Assembly: GCA_043767805.1 (NCBI GenBank)
Contig: JAYUGC010000175.1
Span: forward strand, 1-21,645
Reading direction: 5' to 3'
From: Pseudomonadota bacterium
GTDB taxonomy: Bacteria; Bdellovibrionota; FAC87; UBA2466
DNA length: 21,645 nt
The translations under genes were made by a program, and so were the position numbers. A model generated the notes under the pieces. The model was not told the DNA's origin. It was given only the letters and a program-made list of their open reading frames with translations, and ran no database searches. This document shows, one piece after another, positions 8,381 through 16,764 of the stretch. Every line of letters starts with the position of its first letter. Within the stretch, counting starts at the first letter, position 1.

Positions 8381-9486
8381 GCTTTCGGTACGCGCACGGT
8401 GAAAGTGGTGCCAGCCCCTTGGGGTAATTTCACGCCGATGGATCCCTGCCACCCGCGCACGATCTGATCGCAAATGGGTAAGCCCAGGCCCGTTCCGACT
8501 TCGGGCGCTTTGGTCGTGAAGAAGGGTTTGAAGATCTCGTCGAGATGCGGCTCGGGGATGCCACAGCCGGTGTCGCTCACGTCCATTTCCCAGTGATCGT
8601 CTTTAAGGCGAGCTTCGATCGTCAAAACATGGTTGCGTGTGCGTCCCTGCTCGATTTCGGACTCGATGGCTTGGATGGCATTGAGCAGGAGATTGAGGGC
8701 GACCTGCTCGAATAGAGTAGGTTCCGCGAGGATGGCCACCTCCTCACCCAGCCGGTTCTCTAACCGAATGCCGTGCTGGGCCAGCTGCGGGGCAAGTAAG
8801 TCGAGGACCTTGTCGAAAATCAGTTTGGGACGAACCGCGGAGAGCGTATCGGTCTTCGTGCCCCGGGCCAAATGCAAGAGGCTGTACATCAGCCGGGCGA
8901 TGCGATCGATTTGATTGACGACGATATCGAGATTTTTGCGGGCCGGTTCGTTCTCTTTCATCAAAAGCGCCAGGTACTCGGCCCGGCCGCGAATGACCCC
9001 GAGGGGATTGCCAATCTCGTGAGCGAGGCCGGCGGAGATTAGCCCCAAAGAGGCCAGGCGATCTTGATGGAGAAGCTGGGCTTCCATCGCTTTTTTTTCC
9101 GTGATGTCGACGGCAATTCCCATGTAGCCCACCAGTTGCCCCGCATCGTTTCGAAAGGGCGTGATGGTGAGAAAGACGGGAACCTCGTGCCCGTCCTTCG
9201 CGCGGTTGACCAGCTCGCCCTTCCAGTAGCCCACTTTCGGATCGGCGATTTGCCTCCACATCTTGCGGTAAAAGACTTCGTCTTGATGCGGGGAGCGAAG
9301 GAGAGCGGGGGTAGCGCCTATGGCCTCCTGCGCGCTGTAGCCGTAAACCCTCTGCCAGGCGCGGTTTACATAGTGAAGCCGTCCGAGCAAGTCGGTGAGC
9401 ATGACCGTATCGTTCGAATCATCCACGCAGCGGTGAAAGACCGAAGGGTCGTCGACCAAGGAGGGAATGAAAGGGGGAACCGGCAT
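8377..9486 (-). CDS. Cytoplasmic PAS-domain sensor histidine kinase (NtrB-like); start uncertain (9486 or 9498)
   Basis: PAS/PAC ([13 protein letters not shown]…[12 protein letters not shown]), H-box [12 protein letters not shown]-box [26 protein letters not shown]. Convergent with the regulator, with overlapping stop codons. Confidence 0.93.
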   Translation of the reverse strand: MPVPPFIPSLVDDPSVFHRCVDDSNDTVMLTDLLGRLHYVNRAWQRVYGYSAQEAIGATPALLRSPHQDEVFYRKMWRQIADPKVGYWKGELVNRAKDGHEVPVFLTITPFRNDAGQLVGYMGIAVDITEKKAMEAQLLHQDRLASLGLISAGLAHEIGNPLGVIRGRAEYLALLMKENEPARKNLDIVVNQIDRIARLMYSLLHLARGTKTDTLSAVRPKLIFDKVLDLLAPQLAQHGIRLENRLGEEVAILAEPTLFEQVALNLLLNAIQAIESEIEQGRTRNHVLTIEARLKDDHWEMDVSDTGCGIPEPHLDEIFKPFFTTKAPEVGTGLGLPICDQIVRGWQGSIGVKLPQGAGTTFTVRVPKA

Positions 9487-9498
9487 TAGGCTCTTCAT

Positions 9499-9514
9499 TG
9501 CAAAGCCACAGCCA
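9499..9514 (-). promoter_or_regulatory. sigma54 -24/-12 promoter for the PAS kinase
   Basis: Minus strand TGGCTGTGGCTTTGCA; GG-N10-GC. Confidence 0.7.
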
Positions 9515-9534
9515 GCCTCGGGCAGCCTGGGCGC

Positions 9535-9569
9535 GGGCCCAAATGTCAGACCGTAGGCCAAAATGTCCC
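9535..9569. promoter_or_regulatory. Tandem UAS palindromes
   Basis: GGGCCCAAATGTCAG (9535-9549) plus AGGCCAAAATGTCCC (9555-9569), 20-bp offset. Confidence 0.7.
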
Positions 9570-9599
9570 CTCGCCTGCCGGGGGCTGCCCTCGCGGGGG

Positions 9600-9615
9600 T
9601 GGCATGGTCGCTGCA
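9600..9615 (+). promoter_or_regulatory. sigma54 -24/-12 promoter for the MBL hydrolase
   Basis: TGGCATGGTCGCTGCA; GG-N10-GC. Confidence 0.75.
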
Positions 9616-9627
9616 ACTCTCCTGAGG

Positions 9628-10986
9628 ATGCGACTACAATTTTTGGGCGCCACCGGAACGGTGACCGGATCGAAATACCTCGTCGAAAAGGATGAGGTGA
9701 GAATCCTGGTCGACTGTGGCCTCTTTCAGGGAGAGAAAAACCTTCGTTTGCAGAACCGGGATGAGTTCCCCGTCCCACCCGGAGATATTCAGACCGTCCT
9801 TCTCACGCACGCTCACCTCGATCACTCAGGCTATCTGCCGCTTCTAGTCCGAAACGGATTTCGGGGCGAAGTTTATGCGACTCCGGCCACCGAAGCGTTT
9901 TGCCGCATTCTGCTTCCCGACAGCGGGCGGCTGCAAGAAGAGGAAGCCCACTACGCCAATCGCGCCGGCTATTCAAAACACCACCCGGCTCGTCCTCTCT
10001 ATACGTACGATGACGCCGTGAACTGCCTTACTGCTTTCGATCCCGTGCCCTTCGGAAAATCCCTGGGCCTGGGAGGCGGGCTGCAGTTTCATTTCGAGCG
10101 GGCCGGCCATATTCTCGGCGCGTCGATGGTCATGCTCAAAGCGAACGATAAGAAACTACTTTTCACCGGCGATCTCGGCCGGCCGGGAGATCCGGTGATT
10201 TTCCCGCCGAGTCCCATCGAGTCCGCCGACTATCTCGTCTTGGAGTCCACTTACGGAGACCGGCTGCACAAACCAGTGGACTGGCTGAGCGAGCTCGAGG
10301 CGGTTTTGCTCAGAACCATACTGAGGAGGGGAGTGGTCGTGATTCCGGCGTTCTCCGTCGGTAGATCGCAGACCTTGCTCTACGGTCTCTACCGTCTTAG
10401 GGAGGCAAAGCGCATCCCGAACGTTCCCATTTTTCTGGATAGCCCTATGTCGGAGGAGGCGGTGCGAATATTTCGCCGTTTTCAGGGCGAGCATCGCTTG
10501 AGCCCCGAAGAGTGCGCGGGAACTTACGACGTCGCCAAGTACGTCCGATCTTCCGAGGAGTCCAAAGCACTGAATAATCGCAAAGGGCCCATGATCATCG
10601 TCTCGGCTTCCGGCATGGTCACGGGCGGACGCGTGCTTCACCACATCAAAGAGCGGGCGCCCAATCCGGACAACACGATTCTCCTTACCGGTTTTCAAGC
10701 CAATGGGACACGGGGGGCGGCGCTCCTTGGCGGGACGCGCACCGTAAAGATTCACGGGGAACTAGTCGCGGTGAACGCGGAGATTGCTTCGCTGGACAAT
10801 CTGTCGGCGCACGCCGATCAAGGAGAAATCTTAAGCTGGCTGTCTCATTTCAAGCGTCCTCCCGAAACGACCTTCATTACCCACGGCGAGCCGGAGGCCG
10901 CCAGCGCACTGGCGAGCGCCATCGAAAAAAAACTGGGATGGAAGTGCCACGTGCCGCACTACCTGGAAAAGGTGGATTTGAAATAG
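9628..10986 (+). CDS. MBL-fold metallo-hydrolase, beta-CASP family (putative ribonuclease)
   Basis: MRLQFLGATGTVTGS, LVDCGLFQG, THAHLDHSG, AGHILG, FTGDLG, ESTYGDR, SASGM, LSAHAD, HGE. Confidence 0.95.
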   Translation: MRLQFLGATGTVTGSKYLVEKDEVRILVDCGLFQGEKNLRLQNRDEFPVPPGDIQTVLLTHAHLDHSGYLPLLVRNGFRGEVYATPATEAFCRILLPDSGRLQEEEAHYANRAGYSKHHPARPLYTYDDAVNCLTAFDPVPFGKSLGLGGGLQFHFERAGHILGASMVMLKANDKKLLFTGDLGRPGDPVIFPPSPIESADYLVLESTYGDRLHKPVDWLSELEAVLLRTILRRGVVVIPAFSVGRSQTLLYGLYRLREAKRIPNVPIFLDSPMSEEAVRIFRRFQGEHRLSPEECAGTYDVAKYVRSSEESKALNNRKGPMIIVSASGMVTGGRVLHHIKERAPNPDNTILLTGFQANGTRGAALLGGTRTVKIHGELVAVNAEIASLDNLSAHADQGEILSWLSHFKRPPETTFITHGEPEAASALASAIEKKLGWKCHVPHYLEKVDLK

Positions 10987-10987
10987 C

Positions 10988-11983
10988 TCAGGGGGCAAAG
11001 ACTTGATTGGTGAGCGGCCGCCCCTGCTCGAACTCGGTTGCGTTTTGGAGCGTCGTGTCGGCTATGTTGTCGAGCGCTTCCTGAGTGAGGAAACCCTGAT
11101 GAGAGGTGATCAAGACGTTTGGAAACGTCAGCAGCCTGGCCAGGACGTCGTCCTGCAGAACCTGACCCGACATGTCCTTGAAGAAGACGCTTTCCTCTTC
11201 TTCGTAAACGTCGAGGCCGGCCCCTCCGAGCTTCCCCTGTTTGAGGTGCTCGACGAGGGCTTTGGTGTCGATGAGAGCTCCGCGGCCTGTATTGATGAGA
11301 AGGGCGCCGGGCCGCATGCGAGAGAGGGCTTGGTCGTCGATAAGATGACGAGTCTGAGGACCAAGCGGAAGATGTAAGGTGATGATCTGAGATTTTTCGT
11401 AAAGGGCTTGAAGGGAAACGTACTCGGCACCGAGGGCCGCTACTTCCTGGCGAGGAAAAGGATCGTGTGCGAGCACTCTGCAGCCAAAGCCCGTCAGGAT
11501 GCGGACCATCACCGTGCCGATTTGACCCGTGCCAACGACGCCCACGGTTTTGCCGTGCATGTCGAACCCGACCAGGCCATCGAGCGAAAAATTCAGCTCC
11601 CGCACGCGGGAATAAGCGCGGTGGATCTTTCGATTCAAAGTCAGCATCAGGGCGATGGCATGCTCGGCCACCGCGTAGGGCGAATAGCGAGGCACTCTTA
11701 CGACGGTAAGCCCCAGGGTTTTCGCCGTGTTGAGATCGACGTGATTGAACCCTGCCGATCGCAAGGCGATGAGCCGGACGCCTTCCTCTTTGAGCTGAAT
11801 CAAGGTGTCCGCACTCAAATTGTCGTTGGCGAAAGCGCACACTCCTTCATGTCCCCGGGCTAGGGTGGCCGTTTCGCGGGTCAGCCGGGGCTCAAGAAAG
11901 GTGAGCTGGTGCTCATATTTTTTATTGAGTCTTTCCAGGCATTCCCGCTCGAAGGAATGGGTATCAAAGACGGCTAGTTTCAT
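10988..11983 (-). CDS. ldhA: D-lactate dehydrogenase / D-2-hydroxyacid dehydrogenase
   Basis: ALRSAGFNHVD, VRVPRYSPYAVAEH, Rossmann GVVGTGQIG, INTGRG, LDVYEEE, RLLTFPNVLITSHQGFLT - close to LdhA signatures. Confidence 0.9.
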   Translation of the reverse strand: MKLAVFDTHSFERECLERLNKKYEHQLTFLEPRLTRETATLARGHEGVCAFANDNLSADTLIQLKEEGVRLIALRSAGFNHVDLNTAKTLGLTVVRVPRYSPYAVAEHAIALMLTLNRKIHRAYSRVRELNFSLDGLVGFDMHGKTVGVVGTGQIGTVMVRILTGFGCRVLAHDPFPRQEVAALGAEYVSLQALYEKSQIITLHLPLGPQTRHLIDDQALSRMRPGALLINTGRGALIDTKALVEHLKQGKLGGAGLDVYEEEESVFFKDMSGQVLQDDVLARLLTFPNVLITSHQGFLTQEALDNIADTTLQNATEFEQGRPLTNQVFAP

Positions 11984-12009
11984 GGCTGCTTTCCAAATGG
12001 GGTTAGGAA

Positions 12010-12032
12010 GCGGGGGCCTCGAGGGCCCCCGC
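12010..12032. other. GC-rich stem-loop between the secreted-protein gene and ldhA
   Basis: GCGGGGGCC-TCGAG-GGCCCCCGC, perfect 9-bp stem, no long U-tract. Confidence 0.6.
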
Positions 12033-12043
12033 GCTTTCCGATG

Positions 12044-12802
12044 TTAGTTTAGGGGGGAAGTGGGATCCATCGGAAACTTCTTGTGAGGCTCGATGAGCCG
12101 ATTGACCGCTTTACCGTTCATGGAGCGGGCGTGGAGAAGATAGGCATGCTGACCCAGAATCAGGGAGAGAGCCCTTTCCTGGCGAAACGGATAGTAGCCT
12201 GCGGTACAAACGCCCGAAGAAGAAGGTGTGTATTGAATGACGGGCATCACGACGACGACGTCGGTGTAGATTTCTACCCTGATGTCCAAGAGGCTCAAGC
12301 AATCGTTCGGAAAGATGCCGGAGACGACTACGTCATGCCCAAAGGGCATTCTGGGTTTCAGCGTCACGTCACTCACCGGAGCATAAGGAGCGTCGTCGGT
12401 CCCGGGGCCGGTGTTGGTGGCGCGCAAGATAGGCAGCGTGCCCAGAGACGATTGGCTCGTACCGTCCCAAATCTCGTAGTCGCCCGCGGGAAGCACGGGG
12501 AGGTTGGTCATCTGCTCGAAAGGCATCTTGAGGGGCCAGCAATGAGTGCCGGTGTACTGATACGCCTTTTGCACCACGGTAATGCGCCGGTGAACCGGAT
12601 CCACTTTGACGTCTTGATCGGCCAGCTGAAAACAGAGATCGGAGAACTGCCCGGTCACCATGAATTGAGGCACGTCGTTGCTATCAAACCCCACCGGGAC
12701 GTAAGCCTTGGCGAGGGCAACCGAGACGAGCGCCGGGTCGGTACCTTGCGCCGTTGCGAAAGAAGCGACCATCCAGATGCCCAACGTGAGAAAGCGAATC
12801 AT
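12044..12802 (-). CDS. Secreted hypothetical protein, two-repeat Cys-pair family (paralogue 1)
   Basis: GGGAG RBS, signal peptide, YVPVGFDSND, DDAPYAPV and YLLHARSMNGKAVN, shared with 16765-17472. Confidence 0.85.
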   Translation of the reverse strand: MIRFLTLGIWMVASFATAQGTDPALVSVALAKAYVPVGFDSNDVPQFMVTGQFSDLCFQLADQDVKVDPVHRRITVVQKAYQYTGTHCWPLKMPFEQMTNLPVLPAGDYEIWDGTSQSSLGTLPILRATNTGPGTDDAPYAPVSDVTLKPRMPFGHDVVVSGIFPNDCLSLLDIRVEIYTDVVVVMPVIQYTPSSSGVCTAGYYPFRQERALSLILGQHAYLLHARSMNGKAVNRLIEPHKKFPMDPTSPLN

Positions 12803-12847
12803 AAATCTCCCTACTGAAATCGAATTTAGGAAACGTTGACGCGCTTG

Positions 12848-12863
12848 TGCAATCGCCGGACCA
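12848..12863 (-). promoter_or_regulatory. sigma54 -24/-12 promoter for the secreted protein-ldhA unit
   Basis: Minus strand TGGTCCGGCGATTGCA; GG-N10-GC. Confidence 0.72.
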
Positions 12864-12893
12864 CAAAGGTCGTGTGGCGTGAAGAGAAAGTGT

Positions 12894-12928
12894 GAGGCAA
12901 TTTGACCCGAGATCGGACTTTTCGTCCC
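12894..12928. promoter_or_regulatory. Tandem UAS palindromes
   Basis: GAGGCAATTTGACCC (12894-12908) plus CGGACTTTTCGTCCC (12914-12928), 20-bp offset. Confidence 0.7.
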
Positions 12929-12970
12929 AGGGAGGCAAGTCGGTCAGCTTTATAGCGGTGGAATAGTTTC

Positions 12971-12986
12971 GGGCCCGGCCCTTGCA
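12971..12986 (+). promoter_or_regulatory. sigma54 -24/-12 promoter for the CBS-USP-eRF1-like operon
   Basis: GGGCCCGGCCCTTGCA; GG-N10-GC with TTGCA. Confidence 0.65.
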
Positions 12987-13013
12987 ACAGTTAGGTGGAA
13001 AGGAATGCCACGT

Positions 13014-13421
13014 ATGAGCCCGCCAATCTCCGATTTCATGACGACGATCCCCGTGCAAGTCGATAAGAGCGCTTCCCTCGAGACGGCTCGGCGCCTGCTC
13101 GAACGTTACGGTATCCGGCATTTGCCGGTGATGGCGGACGGAAAACTAGTCGGGGTCGTCACCGAACGGGAAATGAACGTAGCCCTCGCTGTCGCAAGAT
13201 CCCATAGTCTCGAAGTGACGGTAGAGACCGCGATGCAGTCCCCGGCTTTCCAGGTCGGCAAGAACGTACCCGTGGGCGATGTGGCCGAGCGAATGGCCAA
13301 AGAGAAGTTCGGCTGCGCCATCGTCGTGCATGAGGAAAAGATCTGCGGCATCTTTACGACTACCGATGCCCTTTTTCTACTGACCAAATATTGCAAGAAA
13401 GAAGGAAAAGACCATGTCTAA
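13014..13421 (+). CDS. CBS domain pair protein (alternative start 13005)
   Basis: IRHLPVMADGKLVGVVTERE and FGCAIVVHEEKICGIFTTTD. AAGGA RBS lies 9 nt before ATG 13014. Confidence 0.9.
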   Translation: MSPPISDFMTTIPVQVDKSASLETARRLLERYGIRHLPVMADGKLVGVVTEREMNVALAVARSHSLEVTVETAMQSPAFQVGKNVPVGDVAERMAKEKFGCAIVVHEEKICGIFTTTDALFLLTKYCKKEGKDHV

Positions 13422-14394
13422 ATCTCGGCTCATTTGGCCCATAAACCCTTTTGCCGACGAGAAAACTTATTTCAAGCATGCCTTGAAGGTCATCGGCGAG
13501 TTTGCGGCGGCGTCCGGCCTCCAGGTCGAGCCGGTGTATGTCTTATCCCCTCCCGGAATAATCCTGCCGACGGGTTACGTGCTGGACAAAATGGAACCGG
13601 CGGAACCGAAAGTGAAAGCGGCTTGGGAAGCGCTTACCAAAGGGAGCAAGTACGCGGGCTCCTTCCTTCCACCGACGGTTCTGACCGATGCTTCTCTGTC
13701 TAAGTATGGAATGTCACGCGCGGTCGTGGACTATGCGAAGACTGTCGGCGCGGAAGCCTTGGCGGTGGCGACGCATGGACGGAAAGGGGCCGCGCGTTTC
13801 GTGATGGGAAGCTTTGCGGAAAGTCTCCTTCATGCGGCGGATTTGCCCCTCTTCGTTTTCAATCCCTGCGCGGAAAAAGCGGGCCGCACTCGCAAGATTC
13901 TCTTTCCCGTGGAGCTACCGCTGAGTCCGACGACACCGGTGGATCAAGTCATTCAGTTCGCCAAAGCGAGCAGGGCGAAGCTCGTTTTCTTTCATAAGGT
14001 GGATTATCTGAACCAGTTCACGGCGGAGCCTCTATTTCAGATGCCAACGTATCGAGGCTATTTGGAACAAGATCTAACGGCTCGGCGGGATGAGCTCAGC
14101 AAGTTGTTGAGCCGCTCGCGCTCGTGCGGGGTAGTGGCGGAAGCGATTTTGGACCAAGGGACCGCCTACGTCCCCGACGGAATTCTGGCCACCGCCAGAA
14201 AGCAGGGCGTGGATCTCATCGCCATGGTGTCAGGCGCGGGACGAGTTCAGTCCGCGCTTCTGGGTAGCGTGACCCGACAGGTGCTCCGGACCGCCAAGCA
14301 ACCCGTCTGGGTGGTGCATCCCGAGCCAGTCGCGGCCCGCCAAACCATTTTTCCTAAAATCGAGGTCGTAACCTCAAGAAAGGCTCGTCAGTAG
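13414..14394 (+). CDS. Tandem-domain universal stress protein
   Basis: ATHGRKGAARFVMGSFAESLL; RKILFPVEL; DLIAMVS…LLGSVTRQVLRTAKQPVWVV. Overlaps the CBS gene by 8 bp. Confidence 0.9.
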   Translation: MSKSRLIWPINPFADEKTYFKHALKVIGEFAAASGLQVEPVYVLSPPGIILPTGYVLDKMEPAEPKVKAAWEALTKGSKYAGSFLPPTVLTDASLSKYGMSRAVVDYAKTVGAEALAVATHGRKGAARFVMGSFAESLLHAADLPLFVFNPCAEKAGRTRKILFPVELPLSPTTPVDQVIQFAKASRAKLVFFHKVDYLNQFTAEPLFQMPTYRGYLEQDLTARRDELSKLLSRSRSCGVVAEAILDQGTAYVPDGILATARKQGVDLIAMVSGAGRVQSALLGSVTRQVLRTAKQPVWVVHPEPVAARQTIFPKIEVVTSRKARQ

Positions 14395-14395
14395 T

Positions 14396-14767
14396 ATGAA
14401 CAATTACATCGTTTTCTTGGACCAGGAGCACGCCAAGCTGTTTGAGCTGCTTCCCGACGGAGTGGAGGCTCACAAGCTGCAACGCCAAGAAATCCGGCAT
14501 CACAGCGGCGTGGAGAAATCGCAAACGGCGCACAAAGACGGATCAAAGTTTTTTCACGAGGTAGCGACCCATCTCGGCAAGGCCGATCAGGTGCTTCTTG
14601 TCGGCCCGGGGCTTGCGAAGAAATCGTTTCAGACGCATTTGGAGAAACATCATCATGCCGAGCTTTTCAAGAAGGTAATCGGCGTTCAGACCGTGGATCA
14701 TCCGACGGATGAGCAGCTCGTAGCGCTCGCTAAGAAATTCTTCAAAGCTCATCTCCGTTTCGAGTAG
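14396..14767 (+). CDS. eRF1-domain/host-attachment-like small protein ('translational machinery protein' type)
   Basis: VFLDQEHAKLF…FFHEVATHL…VLLVGPGLAK…VIGVQTVDHPTDEQLVALAKKFF pattern; His-rich. Confidence 0.75.
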   Translation: MNNYIVFLDQEHAKLFELLPDGVEAHKLQRQEIRHHSGVEKSQTAHKDGSKFFHEVATHLGKADQVLLVGPGLAKKSFQTHLEKHHHAELFKKVIGVQTVDHPTDEQLVALAKKFFKAHLRFE

Positions 14768-15021
14768 ATCTCAATTTGGTGCTTCTAGGCATCATGCCCA
14801 TAGATTGCCTCGCCATCAAAGACGTCGGCTTGGAGGTTCAGCCGAACGTGGTGGTGGTGATGCCGCGTCTCACGCGCATTGCGGGAATGGCGTGCCGGGC
14901 GGGAAATTATCCGTTTCTCAAGGTGGTGCCAGCTGCCAGCGCACTTCCCCGGGGGATCTACTTACTCCACGTCCGCTCCATGGGGGGTCGTTCAATCAAC
15001 AAAATTATCGCCGGTAACTGA
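14768..15021 (+). pseudogene. 5'-truncated remnant of the two-repeat Cys-pair secreted protein family (paralogue 3)
   Basis: GIMPIDCLAIKDVGLEVQPNVVVVMP…ACRAGNYPF…YLLHVRSMGGRSINK aligns to the C-terminal third of 12044-12802. No signal peptide, no RBS. Confidence 0.75.
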
Positions 15022-15028
15022 AGAAGCG

Positions 15029-15059
15029 GAGGCGGTGGGAGTCTGGCTCCGCCGCCTTC
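15029..15059. terminator. Imperfect stem-loop between convergent genes
   Basis: GAGGCGGTGGGAG-TCTGG-CTCCGCCGCCTTC; no clear U-tract. Confidence 0.4.
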
Positions 15060-15364
15060 ACTCCGGATCGGGAGACTCGCTCAGATCCAAGAGTGTGCGT
15101 TTTCCGTCCTTGAGCTGAGTGGCGCCTCGGATCGTCTCGATGGAGGCCGTCTCGGGATTCACGGAGACGTCCACGACATACACCATGAGTCCGCCTGAAG
15201 TGAGCGAGAGTATCTTGGTCGTCTTGTCTTTCTTTTTGCGGAACGCGCCCGATTTATTGACTGACTTCCTCGTGCGCGCGTTCAACCGGTTTGAGCTCTT
15301 CGACCGAAGTAATTTCTCCTTGAACGAGGCTGCAGAAGAAGAGGGGAAGGAGTAGGCGGCGCAT
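15058..15364 (-). pseudogene. Disrupted small secreted protein (stop/frameshift near 15240-15256)
   Basis: GGAG RBS, then ATG 15364 MRRLLLPLFFCSLVQG… which stops after 36 codons at TAA 15254-15256. Coding-like sequence (KILSLTSGGLMVYVVDVSVNPETASIETIRG) continues in another frame to 15058. It has its own sigma54 promoter. Confidence 0.5.
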
Positions 15365-15400
15365 GGGTATCTCCGTCGTTGAGGGGCTAGAGAGATCGAT

Positions 15401-15416
15401 TGCAAGAGCGACGCCA
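15401..15416 (-). promoter_or_regulatory. sigma54 -24/-12 promoter
   Basis: Minus strand TGGCGTCGCTCTTGCA; GG-N10-GC. Confidence 0.75.
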
Positions 15417-15445
15417 GGGTTTGAGCTTCGAGGTCCGGCCCTCGA

Positions 15446-15483
15446 GGGACATTTCATCCCCCGCTGAAGGGACAATTTCACCG
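15446..15483. promoter_or_regulatory. Tandem UAS palindromes
   Basis: GGGACATTTCATCCC (15446-15460) plus GGGACAATTTCACCG (15469-15483), 23-bp offset. Confidence 0.65.
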
Positions 15484-15513
15484 ATCGGACCTCAAGTTCC
15501 ACGCTGGCGGCCA

Positions 15514-15529
15514 TGGCATGACGCCTGCA
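15514..15529 (+). promoter_or_regulatory. sigma54 -24/-12 promoter for the second USP
   Basis: TGGCATGACGCCTGCA; GG-N10-GC. Confidence 0.75.
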
Positions 15530-15560
15530 ACTAGGTTTGACCAAAGCGAAAGGTGAAACC

Positions 15561-16565
15561 ATGACGGATCGAGTGAAGCCAGCTTCCAAATGGATTTGGG
15601 CAGTAGATGCCTTTCATGAGCAGCCCGTGAGTCAGTGGAGAGCGGTGGAGGCCCTGCGTTCCTCACTCGGCGGAGTCCAGCCGGCCATTCAGCCCGTCTC
15701 TTGCCTGGCTCTGGGACAATTCAATCCCGGGCTCGGAGTTTTCGAGGAGAAATGGCATCGACTAGCGGCTCACGCTGAGAAAAAATTGGAATCGCTCCTA
15801 AAACAGGGTGAGCCAAAGGGCCTACTGATGCCACGGCTGCTGCGGCAAGAAGATCCCGTGATCTCTTTCGGCGTGGATGCCCTGGTTAGATTCGCGTTGG
15901 AAGAGGGCGCCGAGGGAATCGTGCTGACTTCTCACGGCCGCAAGGGCCCGGCGCGGTGGGTGCTTGGTAGCTTCGCCGAGACGCTCGTGCTGCGCTCTCC
16001 TCTGCCGGTACTCGTGGTAAATCCGCGCGCGGCTCGCCCGAAACGGATTAAGACCATCGTTTTCCCCACTGACTTCAGCGCCGGCTCTCGGGAGGCCTTC
16101 GGCCGCACCTTGGCGATCGCTTCCCGGATAAAAGCCAAGATTGTCTTGTTCCACAAAGTTTCAACGCTCTACCCTGAAGTCGGCAATGCCACCGCTTCCG
16201 GAAAACGAATCGATCCCGTTCGGGAGAGAAGGGATGAGCTGAAGGCCGAGGGAGCCGCCTGGATCGCGTTCGCCGCCGGGATGGGCGTCAAAGTGAGGGT
16301 CATACTCGACCTCAAAACGGGGCGAGTCCTTCCCGCTCTGATGAGAGTCATCGACAGCGTGGGAACTGACAGCATGGTAGCGATGGCGTCAACGAGCGGT
16401 CTTTTTAAATCCCTGATGCTAGGCAGTCTCTCGCGTCAGGTGCTGCGCGAGGCGCGCCGGCCAGTGCTTATCTTTCACGCTGAACAAGAGTCTTTGACCG
16501 AAGTCTTCCTGGCCCAGCTAAACCGTTTCGCTTTCGCTTACGCCGCGAATCCCGTCGTCCGATAA
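15561..16565 (+). CDS. Tandem-domain universal stress protein (paralogue of 13414-14394)
   Basis: AAGGTG RBS; WIWAVDAF; TSHGRKGPARWVLGSFAETLV; KTIVFPTDFS; MLGSLSRQVLREARRPVLIF. Confidence 0.9.
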   Translation: MTDRVKPASKWIWAVDAFHEQPVSQWRAVEALRSSLGGVQPAIQPVSCLALGQFNPGLGVFEEKWHRLAAHAEKKLESLLKQGEPKGLLMPRLLRQEDPVISFGVDALVRFALEEGAEGIVLTSHGRKGPARWVLGSFAETLVLRSPLPVLVVNPRAARPKRIKTIVFPTDFSAGSREAFGRTLAIASRIKAKIVLFHKVSTLYPEVGNATASGKRIDPVRERRDELKAEGAAWIAFAAGMGVKVRVILDLKTGRVLPALMRVIDSVGTDSMVAMASTSGLFKSLMLGSLSRQVLREARRPVLIFHAEQESLTEVFLAQLNRFAFAYAANPVVR

Positions 16566-16598
16566 GCCATTTCTCCTCTATCGTCGATATCCCAAAGT

Positions 16599-16634
16599 GA
16601 GTCTCCTTGCCCCAAACATGGGTCAGTTTGTCTC
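16599..16634. promoter_or_regulatory. Tandem UAS palindromes (degenerate)
   Basis: GAGTCTCCTTGCCCC (16599-16613) plus GGGTCAGTTTGTCTC (16620-16634), 21-bp offset. Confidence 0.55.
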
Positions 16635-16675
16635 TCTTTTCCTTCTCCGAATTTTCTTTCTCTCATGAAACGAGT

Positions 16676-16691
16676 TGGATCGCTGATTGCA
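16676..16691 (+). promoter_or_regulatory. sigma54 -24/-12 promoter
   Basis: TGGATCGCTGATTGCA; GG-N10-GC. Confidence 0.65.
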
Positions 16692-16764
16692 CAGCGTTTC
16701 GGCATACGAATCTTTCTTGCTTTGCCAAAAGCAGGCGAGAAAAGTCATTACATGGGAGTTCTTA

